From Hypanus sabinus (lineage: Eukaryota), in assembly GCF_030144855.1 (NCBI RefSeq), contig NC_082710.1, positions 171,740,001 through 171,804,000 on the forward strand: a stretch of 64,000 bases of DNA, given 5' to 3'. Numbering within the stretch: the stretch's first letter is position 1; the number at the start of each line of letters is the position of its first letter. The position numbers were made by a program, and so were the translations under genes. This document shows, one piece after another, positions 49,626 to 62,051 of the stretch. The notes below the pieces were generated by a model. The model did not search any database and was not told the origin of the DNA. It saw nothing but the letters and a program-made list of their open reading frames with translations.

Positions 49626-50777
49626 ATAGGGACTGGCAAATTCAAGGAAATTCATGTCCTTTTGTTTGGTTGGCTGCTTTTATAGATATCAACTGCTAGA
49701 GAGTTGAATTTGAGTCTTCATAATGAATGCATGGATGATAACGTTTCTGATAAACAAAGCAGGACTTTCCTATTTTTACCATATCTGATGCGTAAGTTCA
49801 GACACGATTGTCCTAATGCACGCCCTCGGGCAACACATTGTGGGAATGCAAAGTTGGTGCCGGAATGCCTGGCAGTACTTGCGGGCTGTCTCCAGCACGC
49901 CACTGTGTGTGTTGTTAACACGAACGACGAATATCGCCGTTTGTTTTGATATACATGTAATGAATAAATATTAACCTGAATCTCATTGTATATGACATCT
50001 TGTCAGTTTGTTTTTGTCAGTTGAATGTCCCCAGTGCAATTAGCCACGGAAGAGCACAACAACCAAAAGTAAGTACTCATTGTGCAATGATAGTGCTAAG
50101 CAAACGGATTTGTATGAAAAGCTGAGCAGTTTGTGTACAGCGATAGACACTATAGACCGATAGACCATAAGCAGTATCCTAGACACTAGGGAGACTGCAA
50201 NNNNNNNNNNNNNNNNNNNNNNNNNNNNNNNNNNNNNNNNNNNNNNNNNNNNNNNNNNNNNNNNNNNNNNNNNNNNNNNNNNNNNNNNNNNNNNNNNNNN
50301 NNNNNNNNNNNNNNNNNNNNNNNNNNNNNCACTTCACTGGGCCTGAATGGTCAAACAAATGATCTGCCTCAGTGCGCGCCGAGGGCATGGAATCCGCGAA
50401 AGCCTCAGATAAATGAGGCTTTTCTGGATTATGTCTCTTTTTTGGAAAGGGGCTTGTCGGACTGAGACAAAAGGACATTAGCCCAAGTTCAAGTGATTGA
50501 AAACATTATTTACCAACACAATAACAGCATTCATTACTAAGTGAACCATTGAAAATAATGAATCGATAGAACATTTATTATTTTGGTATAGATGACATTC
50601 GCCATTACGTCTTTTTACGAATGATGACGAAGTGGCCCTTGATTGCACTGGAGGCAATGGTGTTTGACAACATTTCCAGAGAAATGATCTGAGCTGGCTT
50701 GTCCCAAAAACGGAATCAATTAATCTGTATTAGCAAAGTATTATTTTCTGTCTTCACTTGCAGGCTGTCTCCGAAAC

Positions 50778-50817
50778 ATGGTGTGGAATATGGTCGTTTG
50801 GTCAGCAATGTTCCTTG
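50778..50817 (+). CDS. NCR3: Leader (signal peptide) exon of the NKp30/NCR3-like gene
   Basis: Strong acceptor ttttctgtcttcacttgcag| (exon starts 50764), Kozak aacATGG, MVWNMVVWSAMFL-G, and phase-1 donor G|gtaagc. Splices in frame to 54855 giving MVWNMVVWSAMFLGTAGTNG-IIKQ. Confidence 0.7.
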
Positions 50818-50899
50818 GTAAGCAATGCACACTTAGAGACTCATATACCAGCTTAAGAACATGCAAGCACACGCACACCCAGCCAGTAAAGGATAATTT

Positions 50900-52680
50900 A
50901 CCGAGAATATGGGGTGGACGCCTTGAAAGTGAGTACATAGGTTATGGGAACGTTTCAATGACGGCACAAGTGTAGTTGAGTGGTTGAAGAGCCTGATGGT
51001 TGAGGGGTAAGAACTGGTCGTGAAACTGGTGATATGTGTATTGAGGCTCATTTACCTTCTTCCCGCTGGCAGCGTGTTGGAGGGTGTCGATGACGATGGA
51101 AGCTGCTTTCCTGCGACAGAAAATCGTATACATGTGCTCAATAGTCGGGAATGTTTTACCCGTGATTCACTGGGCATATTGATTACTTTTTGTAGGACTG
51201 TCCATTCAAGGGCATTGGTGGTTCCATACCAGCCTATGATTAACCAAGTCAACGTGCGTTCCACCATGTTACTACACAGGTTTATCAAAGATTAAGATGT
51301 TTTGCAGAATCTTAGCAAACTCCTAAGGAAGCAGAGGCTCTGCCATGCTTTCTTTATAATGACACCTACATACTAGCCCTAGGACAGAACCCCTAAAGTT
51401 ATTACACCGGGAAAGTTAAAGTTGCTAATCCTCACTGCCACAGATCCTCCGATGAGGACAAGCACATGGACATCTAGTTTCCTTCTACTGAAATCAACAA
51501 TAAGGTCATTGTTCTTGCTGTCATTGAGTGCGACATTGTTGTTAGCAAAGTTGAATCTGACATTGGTGCTGTGCTTCGCTTTATAGTCATCAATCTAAAG
51601 TCATTAGTGCAGGAGCTAATCACACAGACTTGTGGCACACCTGTGTCGATAGAAATGGTGGAAATGCTGTTTCCAATCCGAAATGGCTGGGTTCTGCAAG
51701 TGAGGAAATTGAAGTCCCAATTGCACTAATGAGGTATTGAGGCCAATTTCATGAAGATTATTCTCTAGTTTTGAAGGGAGCTTAGTATTGAATGCCGAAC
51801 TGCAGTCGATAAAGTACATTTTTGCTGCATGCATTTTGCCGTCCATATTTTCCAGGGTTGAGCGAACAGAGAATGAAATGGCATCTGCTGTGGATCTGTT
51901 ATGCAGGAAGGCAGAATGGAGCGGTTCCTAGTCACTCCTGAGGTCGGAGTTGATATGTTTCCTCACAAGCCTCTCATGTAGGTGCTATTGGACGACAGTT
52001 ATGGAGGCAGGCTACAAAGCTCTTCTTAGTCATCAGTATAACTGTATGCTGCTCGAAGCAGACGGGTACCTTGGACTGCAGAAGTGAGTGCTTGATTATC
52101 TGAGTTAATATTCCACCTAGTGGATTAGCACAGGTTTTCAGTACCCAGACATGTATCCCACAGGCGTCCGATGCTTTCCGTGAGTTCACCGTCCTGTAGA
52201 ATGCTTTGCGGACGGTCCCAGAGACTAAAATTGCAGGGTCCCATCGGGAGAGCTGAAAACTCAAGAAGGTTCATCCATGCTTTGACGGTGAAAGGCATTG
52301 CGCTCATCTGGCAGCGAAGACCTGTAGTCACCTATGACACCTGGTAGGAGAAGTTCGAATTCAAGCCACAGCTGTCGAGGAAACTGCAACGAGTCAAGTG
52401 TAGTTTGGAATGTCCACTTCGTACGTACGATGGCTTTCCAAGATCGTACCTAGATCTCTTGTGTCTCGCTTGGCCGCCGGACCTGAATGCCACTGATCTG
52501 GCTTTCGGCAGATTGTGGATTTTATGTTTCATCCAGGGCATCTGGTTAGGGAAGACACTGAGGGACATTGAGGGGACATCTCTTCTACAAACAAGCTATA
52601 GTCATTCAGATCACAGATGATTCATTCAACACTGTCCAGTCCTTCGACTCGTAGCAGATAACCATTTGATAGCCTCCCAC
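50900..52680 (-). mobile_element. Old Rex-Babar LINE fragments
   Basis: ORFs 51974-52264 (NSRKAS..GI..VLKTCA..L..I.T.I...SL..VP..F), 51616-51846 (FIDCSSAFNT..PSKL) and 51052-51288. Confidence 0.75.
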
Positions 52681-52684
52681 GACT

Positions 52685-53670
52685 ATGTCAACGATTTATG
52701 TCAACGATTTAGATGAGGGCATTGAAAACTATATCAGCAAGTTTGCTGACGATGCTAAACTGGGTGGCAGTGTGACATGCGAAGAGGACGTTAGGAGAAT
52801 ACAGGGAGACTTGGATAGGCTGGGTGAGTGGGCAGATACTTGGCAGATGTCATTCAATGTGAATAAATGTGAAGTTATCCACTTTGGAAGCAGGAACAAG
52901 AGGGCAGAGTATTGTCTGAACAGTGTAGAATTAGGTAAGGGAGAAATGCAAAGAGACCTGGGAGTCCTAGTTCATCAGTCAATGAAGGTGAATGAGCAAG
53001 TGCAACAGGCAGTGAAGAGGGCAAATGGAATGTTGGCCTTTATTACAAGGGGAATTGAGTACAAGAGCAAGGATGTCCTTTTGCATTTGTACAGGGCCCT
53101 GGTGAGACCACACCTGGAATATTGTGTACAGTTTTGGTCTCCAGGTTTAAGGAAGGACATTCTGGCAATTGAGGAAGTGCAGCATAGATTCACTAGGTTG
53201 ATTCCTGGGATGGCAGGGCTGTCTTACGCAGAGAGATTGGAGAGATTGGGCTTGTACACGCTGGAATTGAGGAGATTGAGAGGGGATCTGATTGTAACGT
53301 CTAAGATAATTTAAAGGATTTGATAGGATTGAGGCAGGAAATATGTTCCAGATGTTGGGAGAGTCCAGTACCAGAGGGCATGGATTGAGAATAAGAGGTC
53401 AGTTATTTAAAACAGAGTTGAGGAAAAACTTCTTCTCCCAGAGAGTTGTAGCGGTGTGGAATGCACTGCCTCGGAAGACGGTGGAGGCCAATTCTCTGGA
53501 TGCTTTCAAGAAGGAGCTAGATAGATATCTGATGGATAGGGGAATCAAGGGATATGGGGACAAGGCACGGACTGGGTATTGATAGTGAATGATCAGCCAT
53601 GATCTCAGAATGGCGGTGCAGACTCAAGGGGCCGAATGGTCTACTTCTGCACCTATTGTCTATTGACCAT
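52685..53670 (+). mobile_element. CR1 LINE 3' portion
   Basis: ORF 52685-53314 ([28 protein letters not shown]). Tail cctattgtctattg. Confidence 0.92.
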
Positions 53671-54029
53671 TGGCAATGGCAAATTGCACTGCGGGAAGCA
53701 AACAAAGGTAGGATGTGCCCATATTTGGTAGGAACATACGGCGTGTTGCAGAGCTGAGGGTCCTTAGGACATAAGTGGTTAGAATCCTGAAAATGGCAGC
53801 GTCCGATTATAGGGTGGAATTTGGGATGCCTGCCCTCATTATTGTGCCTTTCATTGTAACAGTTGTGTTGTCAGGTTGCAGCTATTTAAAACATTGTTAG
53901 CGGTTTTAGTCCCCAATTATAGGAAGAATGTGATTGAGTTGATAAAATGCAGACAAAGCTGATTCAATTAGGAGGGAAAGAATGGTACATGGCGACAATC
54001 TTTATTACATGGATGGTGTGTCTGAGTGA

Positions 54030-54570
54030 AGTCAAGTCGTTTACCTGTGTACACGTATACCGTCAAACGAGACAACTTTTCTCCGAACCAGGGTTGAAAG
54101 CACTGCAGTATACTTAACACACATACACACAATATCTTATGGAAGCACAGACGGCATCTACAGGTGGATCACACATAAATAAACAAACTAAAGTGCAAAA
54201 ATTAATTATTGTAAGGCATAGAGTAGATTAACCAGTGACATTTTGAATGCGATGCGGCCGAGAGTTCTGAAGCCTAATGGCCTGAGGGAAGAAAATGTTT
54301 CTGATCCTGACCTGTCTTTTTTTTATGCATCGGAGTCTCCTACCTAATGGTAGAAAGTCAAAGAGGATGCTGGATGAATGGATGGAATACTTAATAATAA
54401 GGAGAGCTGTCTACGCAGGCTCCTATCTCTAAGGACTCTGCATACGCAGCGCTCTTGATACATTTCCTCTTTGGATGATAGGGAGATCCTGATGATCCTC
54501 TCAGCAGTTCCCACAGTCGTTTATGGAGATTTCCTGTCCGATGATCGGCCGCTCCAATACGAGATGGAGA
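54030..54570 (-). mobile_element. Rex-Babar 3' fragment
   Basis: gtgaagtcaagtc tail remnant and reverse-strand Rex 3' sequence homologous to 46270-46800. Confidence 0.65.
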
Positions 54571-54854
54571 TACAACTAATCAGTAAGGGAAACGATATAC
54601 TTTTATGTTAAGATTTAGGCAGTATCTAAAGGGATTTTTTTTCAGCAGAAGACGGTTAGAAACTAGAGAGTACTGCCTGAAGAGGTGGTGGAGACAGGTA
54701 CTTTAAGAAGCATCCAATACTTTAATCCCCACAGCATAGAAGCCTTAGGACCAAATGTGGTTAAATGAGATCAGTGTAGCTATGTGCAACTGGCGGCACT
54801 GGCATGTTGGACCGAAAGGGAAATGCGAGACAATGAGTTTCTTTCTGGTTACAG

Positions 54855-55196
54855 GAACTGCAGGAACTAACGGAATAATCAAACAATCGCCAGAACAACT
54901 CACGGTTACCGAAGGAGGCACGGCGCAGCTGAGTTGTAGTTACATCAATAAAATAAACGATGCAAAGAAGCTGGTCGGAGCCATTACCTGGTACAAAGAC
55001 GAGGAATACCGTATTGTTTCCAACAAGTCCAGCGGGTTTCATGGTCGGGTGAGGACCAGCAGTGCAGCGCGCATTCTAAGCCAATCTATACAAATTGTCA
55101 ACGTCAGAATGAACGATACAGGAAAGTATTACTGCAGAGTAGTCCTTTTTGGGCAGGAAGATCATTTTGGAAAAGGGGCACAAGTTACAGTCACAC
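54855..55196 (+). CDS. NCR3: Ig V-set (germline VJ-type) exon of an NKp30/NCR3-like receptor
   Basis: Acceptor tttctttctggttacag|, donor AC|gtaagt, phase 1/1, 342 nt, open frame. Has QLSC, AITWYKDE, FHGRV, NDTGKYYCRV and FGKG..VTV. By eye it resembles human NKp30 (IGSVTWFRDE, FRGRL, HDASIYVCRV, GTGNGTRLVV). No RSS seen. Confidence 0.8.
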
Positions 55197-55629
55197 GTAA
55201 GTTCGGCTTATATTACATTTATATTCGACGTTTGATTCGCATTTCTCCCTTCTGCAATATAGTGTACCTCAGTGCAAATTTAGAGAAATAAATTCGGAAT
55301 ATCATTGACATACTGAAAGTGAATTAAATGATGACAAAATAATGAAAGGTAAATTAACATTGCTATCGACTTAATCAAGTTAATTTTTATCGGAGAGTGT
55401 TAATCCAATCTGTTCGCAGGAAAACTGCACCAGCAGAAAGAAATCAAATAAGCATCCGGGTAAAAATGCTGGGGTTGTTCAGCATCATCTCGGAAACGGC
55501 AGTAGTCAGTCCTAAGTGAGCCTACATTATTTTACTTGCACGTTCAGTGTTTTACCACCCTCATCAATATCCGCAAAGGGAAAAACATGAATTCGTATTT
55601 AAGCCTCAGAGCTTTGGAATATATGACTT

Positions 55630-58600
55630 TAAGACCACAGGATGTAAGAACAGAATTAGGCCATCTGGCTGATCCATTATCCCTCTGTGCCCCAATCTCC
55701 TGCCTTTTCCCTTATTCCTCTATGCCCCGATTAATCGAGAACTATGAACGTCTGCCTTAAATATACATAAAGGCTTGGCCTACACATAATTTCACAGATG
55801 CTCTACTCCGTGGCTAAAGAAATTCCTCCTCATCAGCGTTTTGAAAGGACGATCCTCTGTTCTGAGAGCGTGTCCTCTGGTCTTGTGCACTCCCACCATA
55901 GCACTTATCTTCTTCACACCATTGAGGGTTTTCATCATTCGATAGGTTTCAATTAGGTTTCACTCTCAGTCTTCTGAGTTCTAGTAAATGCAGGCTCAAA
56001 TACAACAAACAGTCTTCACGTGTCAAGCCACCCAATCCTGGAATCATTTCCGTCTCCCGTCTTTAAACCATCTCTGATATCAGCACATACTTTCTCAGAT
56101 AAAGGGCCCAAATCTGATCACAATACGCCAAGTGAGGCCGGACCAATGGTTTGTAAAGTTTCAGCATTACCGTCAGCCTTGATTTTATATTGTCCTTTTC
56201 AAATGAAAACTAACATTGTGTTTGCCTTGTTAACCACAAATTAACCGCTAGGGTATCCTGCACAATAACTAACAAGTCCCTTTGCCCCTCGCTTTTTTTG
56301 CATATTCTATCCATTTTGAAAATAGTCAATCCTTTTATCTCTTCTACCAAAGTGCATGACCACGTACTTCCCGACCTTGGATTCCATCTACCGCTCCTTT
56401 GCTCATTCTCCTAATCTCTCTGTTCTTTTGGGGCCTCCCTACATACTCCATCCTACTTGCCCCTCCATTTGTCTCATAGCTCCGCAAACTTTGCAATCCC
56501 ATCATTAAAATCATTGACCGACAACATAACAAGAGTCGTTCCCATCACAGACCCCTGTGAAACACCAGTGATCACCAGCAGCTAAACCAGAAAAGGCCCC
56601 TTATTCCAGCTCATTGCCTCCAGCCAATCAGCCACTGCTCTATCCATGCTGGAATATTTCCCTTTACTACCTTGTGCTCGTAGCTTCTTAAGCATCCTCA
56701 TTTGTGGCACCTTGTAAAAGGCCTTCTGAGAATCCAACTGTACAACATTAACTGATTCTTCTTTGTCTATCCTGCTCATTATGTCTTCAAAGAATTCAAA
56801 CCGATTTATCAGGCAGGATTTTCTTATTGCGTGCCTCCAAGTACCCTGAGAGCTCATCCTTATATTTGACACAAGCATCTTCCTAATCACTGAGGTCAGA
56901 CTAACTGGCTTATAATTTCCTTTCTCCTGTCTCCCTCCCTTCTTGAACAGTAGAGTGACATTTGCAATTTCGATTCCTGTGGAACCATCTAATGATCTAT
57001 GAATGATCATTACTAATGCCTCCAGAATCTCATCAACCACCTCTTTCAGAACCCTGGTGTGTACTCCATTTGGTCCAGGTAACCTTTCTACCTACGGACC
57101 TTTCAATTTCACAGGAACCTTTTCACTAGTATTAATAACTTCATATACATTATGACCCCTGACACTTGGAATGTCCACAGTGAAGACTGATGCAAAATAC
57201 TTATTGAGTTCGGCCACGATTTCCTTGTGCCCCATTACCACCTCTCCAGCATAGTGTTCCAGCGGTCTGAAATTCACCCTCAACTTTCTTTAACACTTTA
57301 TGTATCGGAGGAAACTTTTGATATCCTCTGCAATTTCATGGGCTACCTTACTTTCGTATTGCATGTTTACCTTCTTAGTGACTCTATTCATTGCCTTCTG
57401 CTGGTTTTTAAAAGCTTTCCAATCCTCTAACTTCCCAATAATTTTTGTACCTCCGTTGGATTATATGCTGGCTTTGACTTCTCTGGTTGTGTCACCTTGC
57501 CTTCAGAATACGTTTTCCTTTTTGAGATGTATATATCTTGTGCCTTTTGAATTGCTTCCAGACTTTCCAGGGCTCGCTGCTTTGCCGTCATCCCTGCCTG
57601 TTTTCGTTTCTTATCAATTCTAATACCTCTCTTATGCCTTGTAGTTCCCCCTCTTCCACTGTAATACCGATACACCTGACATTAGCTTCACCGACTCATA
57701 TTTCAGGATTAATTCTATCATATTATGATCATTTTCTCCTAATAGTTCTTTAACATTAAGCTCCCTAATCAATTCTGGCTCTTTGCCCATCACCCAATCC
57801 AGAAAACCTGATCCCCTACTGCGCTCAACCATGAGCTGCTCTAAAAAGCCATCTCGTAGGCATTCCAGACATTCCTCCTCTTGGATATCAGCAACAACCT
57901 GATTTTACCAATCTACCTGCATATTGAAGTTCCCTATCACTATGTAAAACTGCGCTTTTATTATGTATTTTCTATCTTCCGTTGTAATTTGTAGACCACA
58001 TCCTTACTATTGTTTGGGAGTCTGTATACAACTCCCATCAGGGACCTCTTACCATTGCAGTTCCTTGAAGGATTCAAAATCTTCCGACCTCATGTCACTT
58101 CTTTCTAATGATTTTATTTCATTTTTAACAACAGACCAATGTAGCTCCTCTACCTTTCAGCCTGTCCATTCTATACAATTTCTATTCTGAACATTAAGCT
58201 CCCAGCTACAATCTTCTCTCAGCCATGATGCAGTGATGCCCACAGTATCATACATGCCAATCTTCAACTGTGCTACAAGTTTAAAAATCTTATTCTGTAT
58301 ACCACGCGCAATTGAATATTACACCTTCAGTTCTGTATTCACCCTTCTTGATTTTATCTGCCTTTTACGTTGGAACTCATCTGGTTGGCTGCAATTTTGC
58401 CCTATCAAAAGTCTCTCCTGACTGCACATTGGCTCTGTTTGTAAACCAGCTACATCATCTTCGTCCGCCTTTTCGATGATGCTTCTTGCATTCAAATACA
58501 CGCAGAACAGGTCACTAGTGACATCATACTCAACCTTTTGTTTCTTAACTTTGTCTGAGGCATTACCAATATCCGCCTCACCAACCTTTATACTGACTGC

Positions 58601-58910
58601 TCTGGCTCTCTGATTCACATCACAGCCGATTTAACCCCCATCGATCAGCATTCATAAACCTTCCCAATAGAATAATAGTCTTCCACCTGTTCAGGTGTAA
58701 ACCAGCCCTTCTGTACAGGTCCCACCTTCCCTGGGTCCAAAAATCTTATGCCCCCCCTCCTACACCAAATCTTTACCCAGCTATTAAAATGTATATTATT
58801 ACTATTTCTGGCCTCATTAGCAGGTGGCACGGGTAGTAATCCTACGATCGCAGTCCTAAAGTCCTGCCCTTTTACTTAGCACCCAACTCTCCCTCCTCCC
58901 TCGTCACTCC
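55630..58910 (-). mobile_element. Long decayed CR1 LINE (3' UTR to ORF1 esterase remnant)
   Basis: ORFs 56582-57040 (KGNYKPVSLTS), 57632-57832 (FLDWVMGKEPELI), 58319-58618 (YLNARSI) and 58645-58830. Confidence 0.85.
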
Positions 58911-58989
58911 TCCTACCATATCATTGATACCTTCATGGACCAACACCTCTGACTGTTCACCATCCCAGATAAGACGATCGAGGACTCGA

Positions 58990-60205
58990 TCCGAGGTAAC
59001 AAAAGAAATTGATGAGGGTAGGGCAGTGGATGTGGTCTACATGGATCTTAGCAAAGCATTTGACAAGGTCCCTCATGAGAGACTCATCCAGAAAGTCATG
59101 AGACATGGGATATGTGGATCCTTGGCTGTTTGGTTAAAAAACTGGCTTAAAGGAAGAAAGCAGAGGGTAGTCGTGGAAGGAAATTATTCTGTCTGGAGGT
59201 CGGTGACTAGTGGAGTGCCGCAGGGGTCTGTCCTGGGACCCTGCTATTTGTGATTTTTATAAATGACCTGGATGTAGAGGTGGAAGGATGGGTGAGCAAG
59301 ATGACACGAACATTGGAGGAGTTGTGGATGGAGCTGTAGGTGGTCGACGGTTACAAGAGGATATAGACAGGCTGCACAGTTGGGCAGAAAAATGGCAGAT
59401 GGAGTTCATTCCGGACAAGTAGGAGATGATGCATTTTGGAAAGACAAACCAGAAGACTGAGTACAGGATTAATGATCAGTTACTTAAGAGTGTGGATAAA
59501 ACAAAGGGACCTCGGGGTTCAAATCCATACATCCCTCAAGGTCACTGCAGAGGTTCATAGGGTAGTTAAGAAGACCTATGGGATGATAGGCTTCATTAAC
59601 AGGGGGGATTGAGTTGAATAGTAGAGAGGTCATGTTGCAACTCTACAAATCTCTGGTGAGACCGCATTTAGAGTATTGTGTTCAATTCCGGTCACCTCAT
59701 TATAAGAAGGATGTGGAAGCTATGGGGAGGGTGCAGAGGAGTTTTATCAGGATGTTGCCTGGATTGGAGAACAAGTCATATGAAGCAAGGTTAGCAGAGC
59801 TGGGACTTTTCTCTTTAGAGCGTAGAACAATGAGAGGGGACTTGATAGGTCTACAAGATTACGAGAGGCATAGATAGGGTGGCTAGTCAGTACCTGCTTC
59901 CCAGGACACCAGTAGCAAACACCAGAGGGCATAGGTACAAAATTAAGGGAGGGAAGTTTAGGGGAGACATCAGGGATAAGGTTTTTACACAGAGGGTTGT
60001 GAGTGCCTGTAATGACTTGCCAGGGACTTCGAGGCTAAAACATTAGGGGTATTTAAGAACCTATTGCACAGGCACATGGATGAAAGAAAAATGGAGGGTT
60101 ATGGAGTAGTGTGGGTTTAGTACTTTTTGAAAGGATTATATAGGTGGCACAGCATGGAGGGCTGAAGGACCTGTACTGTGCCGTAGTGTTCTATGGTTCT
60201 ATGTC
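58990..60205 (+). mobile_element. CR1 LINE 3' portion
   Basis: [36 protein letters not shown]. Tail ttctatggttctatg. Confidence 0.9.
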
Positions 60206-60788
60206 CCTGGCACCCAGGAGGCAGCATGCCATCCGGCAATCCCTTTCTCGTTAATAGAACCTCCTGTCCGTTCCTGCAGTAACGAATCCTTTTCTCCCGT
60301 CTTCCCTTCTGAATCACAGAACCGGACTCAGATCTCACCTCTGTGACTTTCCTCCGTTAGGCCAACACCTGCCCCCCACCGCCCATCAAAATATCGGAAG
60401 TGATATGCCCGGTGAGGGAGATTGCCACAGGGGTATGCACTAGCTCGTTGAACCCCTTTCCACATCTTTAATATTGAAAGTAATTTTTGTTGCTTAAAAC
60501 ATGAAAGCGGGCGAGCTGACGAATGGGTGGAGCTTATAATTTTGCCAACGACAAGAAGCCGAGATAGAGATTCTTATTTCCTTAACGGGAAGATTTCTTA
60601 CGAGCGATTTCTTGTCTGGCTGCTACAGGTAACTGACGAAACCACCTAGCACGCGATCCAATTTTACTCTCTGTGAGAACTAATGATCAGTAATATTGGA
60701 CGGAATGTCAATCAGCTCCGGGTCAGTTGGTTTTCTGCCAGGCTTTACATCAATACAGTACACACATAATAGTACGGCAACGGAGACC

Positions 60789-60826
60789 CAGTCCTGATGA
60801 AGGGTCTCGGCCCGAAACGTCGACTG
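60789..60826 (+). ncRNA. Minimal type I hammerhead ribozyme motif in a Penelope pseudo-LTR fragment (about 60785-60890)
   Basis: CAGTC-CTGATGA-a-GGGT-ctcg-GCCC-GAAAC-GTC-GACTG. 5-bp stem I, conserved core, stem II and GUC cleavage triplet. Confidence 0.7.
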
Positions 60827-60899
60827 TATTCTTTTCCTTAGATGCTGCCTGGCCTTCAGAGTTCATGCAGCATTTTCTTTGTGTTAGTTCTGGTTCGTG

Positions 60900-61760
60900 C
60901 CAAACGATTTAAACAGCCTACTCCCATCGATCTGCACCAGGACAGGAGCTCTCCCTCCCACGTATCTGTCGAAACGTCTGCTGAATGTTGAAATTGAGCT
61001 CGCATGCTCCACTTGCCCTGCAGCTCGTTCCCCACTCTTACGTCTCTGAGTGAAGAAGTTTCCCATCATGTTCCCATTAAACGAATCATATGTTACCCTT
61101 AACCAATGGCCTGGAGTTGTAGACCCACCCAACCTCAGTGGGAAAACCCAATTTGCATTTACTCTCTCTGTACTCTTCTTAGTTTGCATCCCTCTATGAA
61201 ATCACCCCTCAATCTCCTAGATTGAAGAATATGACCAAGTCACTGCTTGCTAGGGAGACCACAACCTCATTGTAGCCATTATTACATATCTAAGTGCTAC
61301 TGTCAACATAGGTGGCCAATGGTACGGGCTATCAAAACAGAAATGCCTGTACAGCTCCATGTTAAATTGATTCTGGTTTCTGAATGTTATAGCCCCCTTT
61401 CCAGAATGTTAGAACATAAAACATAGAGCATAGTACAACACAGGAACAGGTCCATCAGCCCAGAAGGTTGTGCCGAGAATATAAAATTAGTAATCAAATG
61501 TCTCACAAAACTACTCTCTTCTGCCGACACAATAACTTCATCCTTCTATTTTCCTCACATTCATGTGCTCATCTAAACGTCTCTTAAAAGTCTCTAGTGT
61601 ATCTGCCTCCTCCACCACCACAGGTAGTGCTTCCAGGCACTCACTGCTCCCTGTGTAAAATATATCTGCTCCTCACCTCTCATGTGACATTACTCCTCTC
61701 ACCTCTCCTCTGGTATTCGGCATTTCAACCTTGGGAAAATGATACTATCTGTCTGTTCTA
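60900..61760 (-). mobile_element. Two CR1 3' UTR fragments (about 60900-61200 and 61405-61760)
   Basis: FPLRLG..GHWLRV..NFFTQR motif, and tagaacataaaacatagagc tail at about 61409. Confidence 0.75.
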
Positions 61761-61928
61761 CTTATGTCATGAGCCCTGCAGGCCTTTGTGACGAGTTATA
61801 GAGTGTAGGGCTCTGAGGGCTCTATAGAGTACTTGTTAATTGTCATCATAACAAGACTCGTTGAATCCTTGTGATCCCCATGAAATCTTGTCAAGTTTAA
61901 TTTGAGTGGTTCAGTTTTGTGCGTACAG

Positions 61929-62047
61929 TGATTATTTATAACAGACTCCCGACTAGCCTTCTTACGTGGTCCTAGTTTTGAGAATGTTCTGCCTCGCAGT
62001 GTCGCACGGTCGAGCCACTGATGTTCTGTTGCATTTTTTCTAAATAA
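61929..62047 (+). pseudogene. Candidate decayed transmembrane exon of the NKp30-like gene
   Basis: YVVLVLRMFCLAVS (61963-62004) resembles the NKp30 TM segment VLLLRAGFYAVS. It needs frameshifts on both sides, and an LTR inserts at 62052. Confidence 0.3.
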
Positions 62048-62051
62048 ACTG

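Noticed and set aside
53826-53874. Leader-like mini-ORF MPALIIVPFIVTVVLS-G with a phase-1 GT, 1 kb before the V exon
   Set aside because: It lies inside a decayed CR1 RT fragment (gggatgc.tgcc.tcatt...gttgcagct.t.taaaac) and has a weak donor. The exon at 50778 has better splice sites and Kozak context.
54855-55196. Germline-joined Ig light chain or TCR V gene
   Set aside because: It lacks WYQQ/P..L.Y/RFSGS-type framework motifs, and no C1 exon or RSS is visible. The motif pattern fits NKp30 better, though this is not formally excluded without phylogeny.
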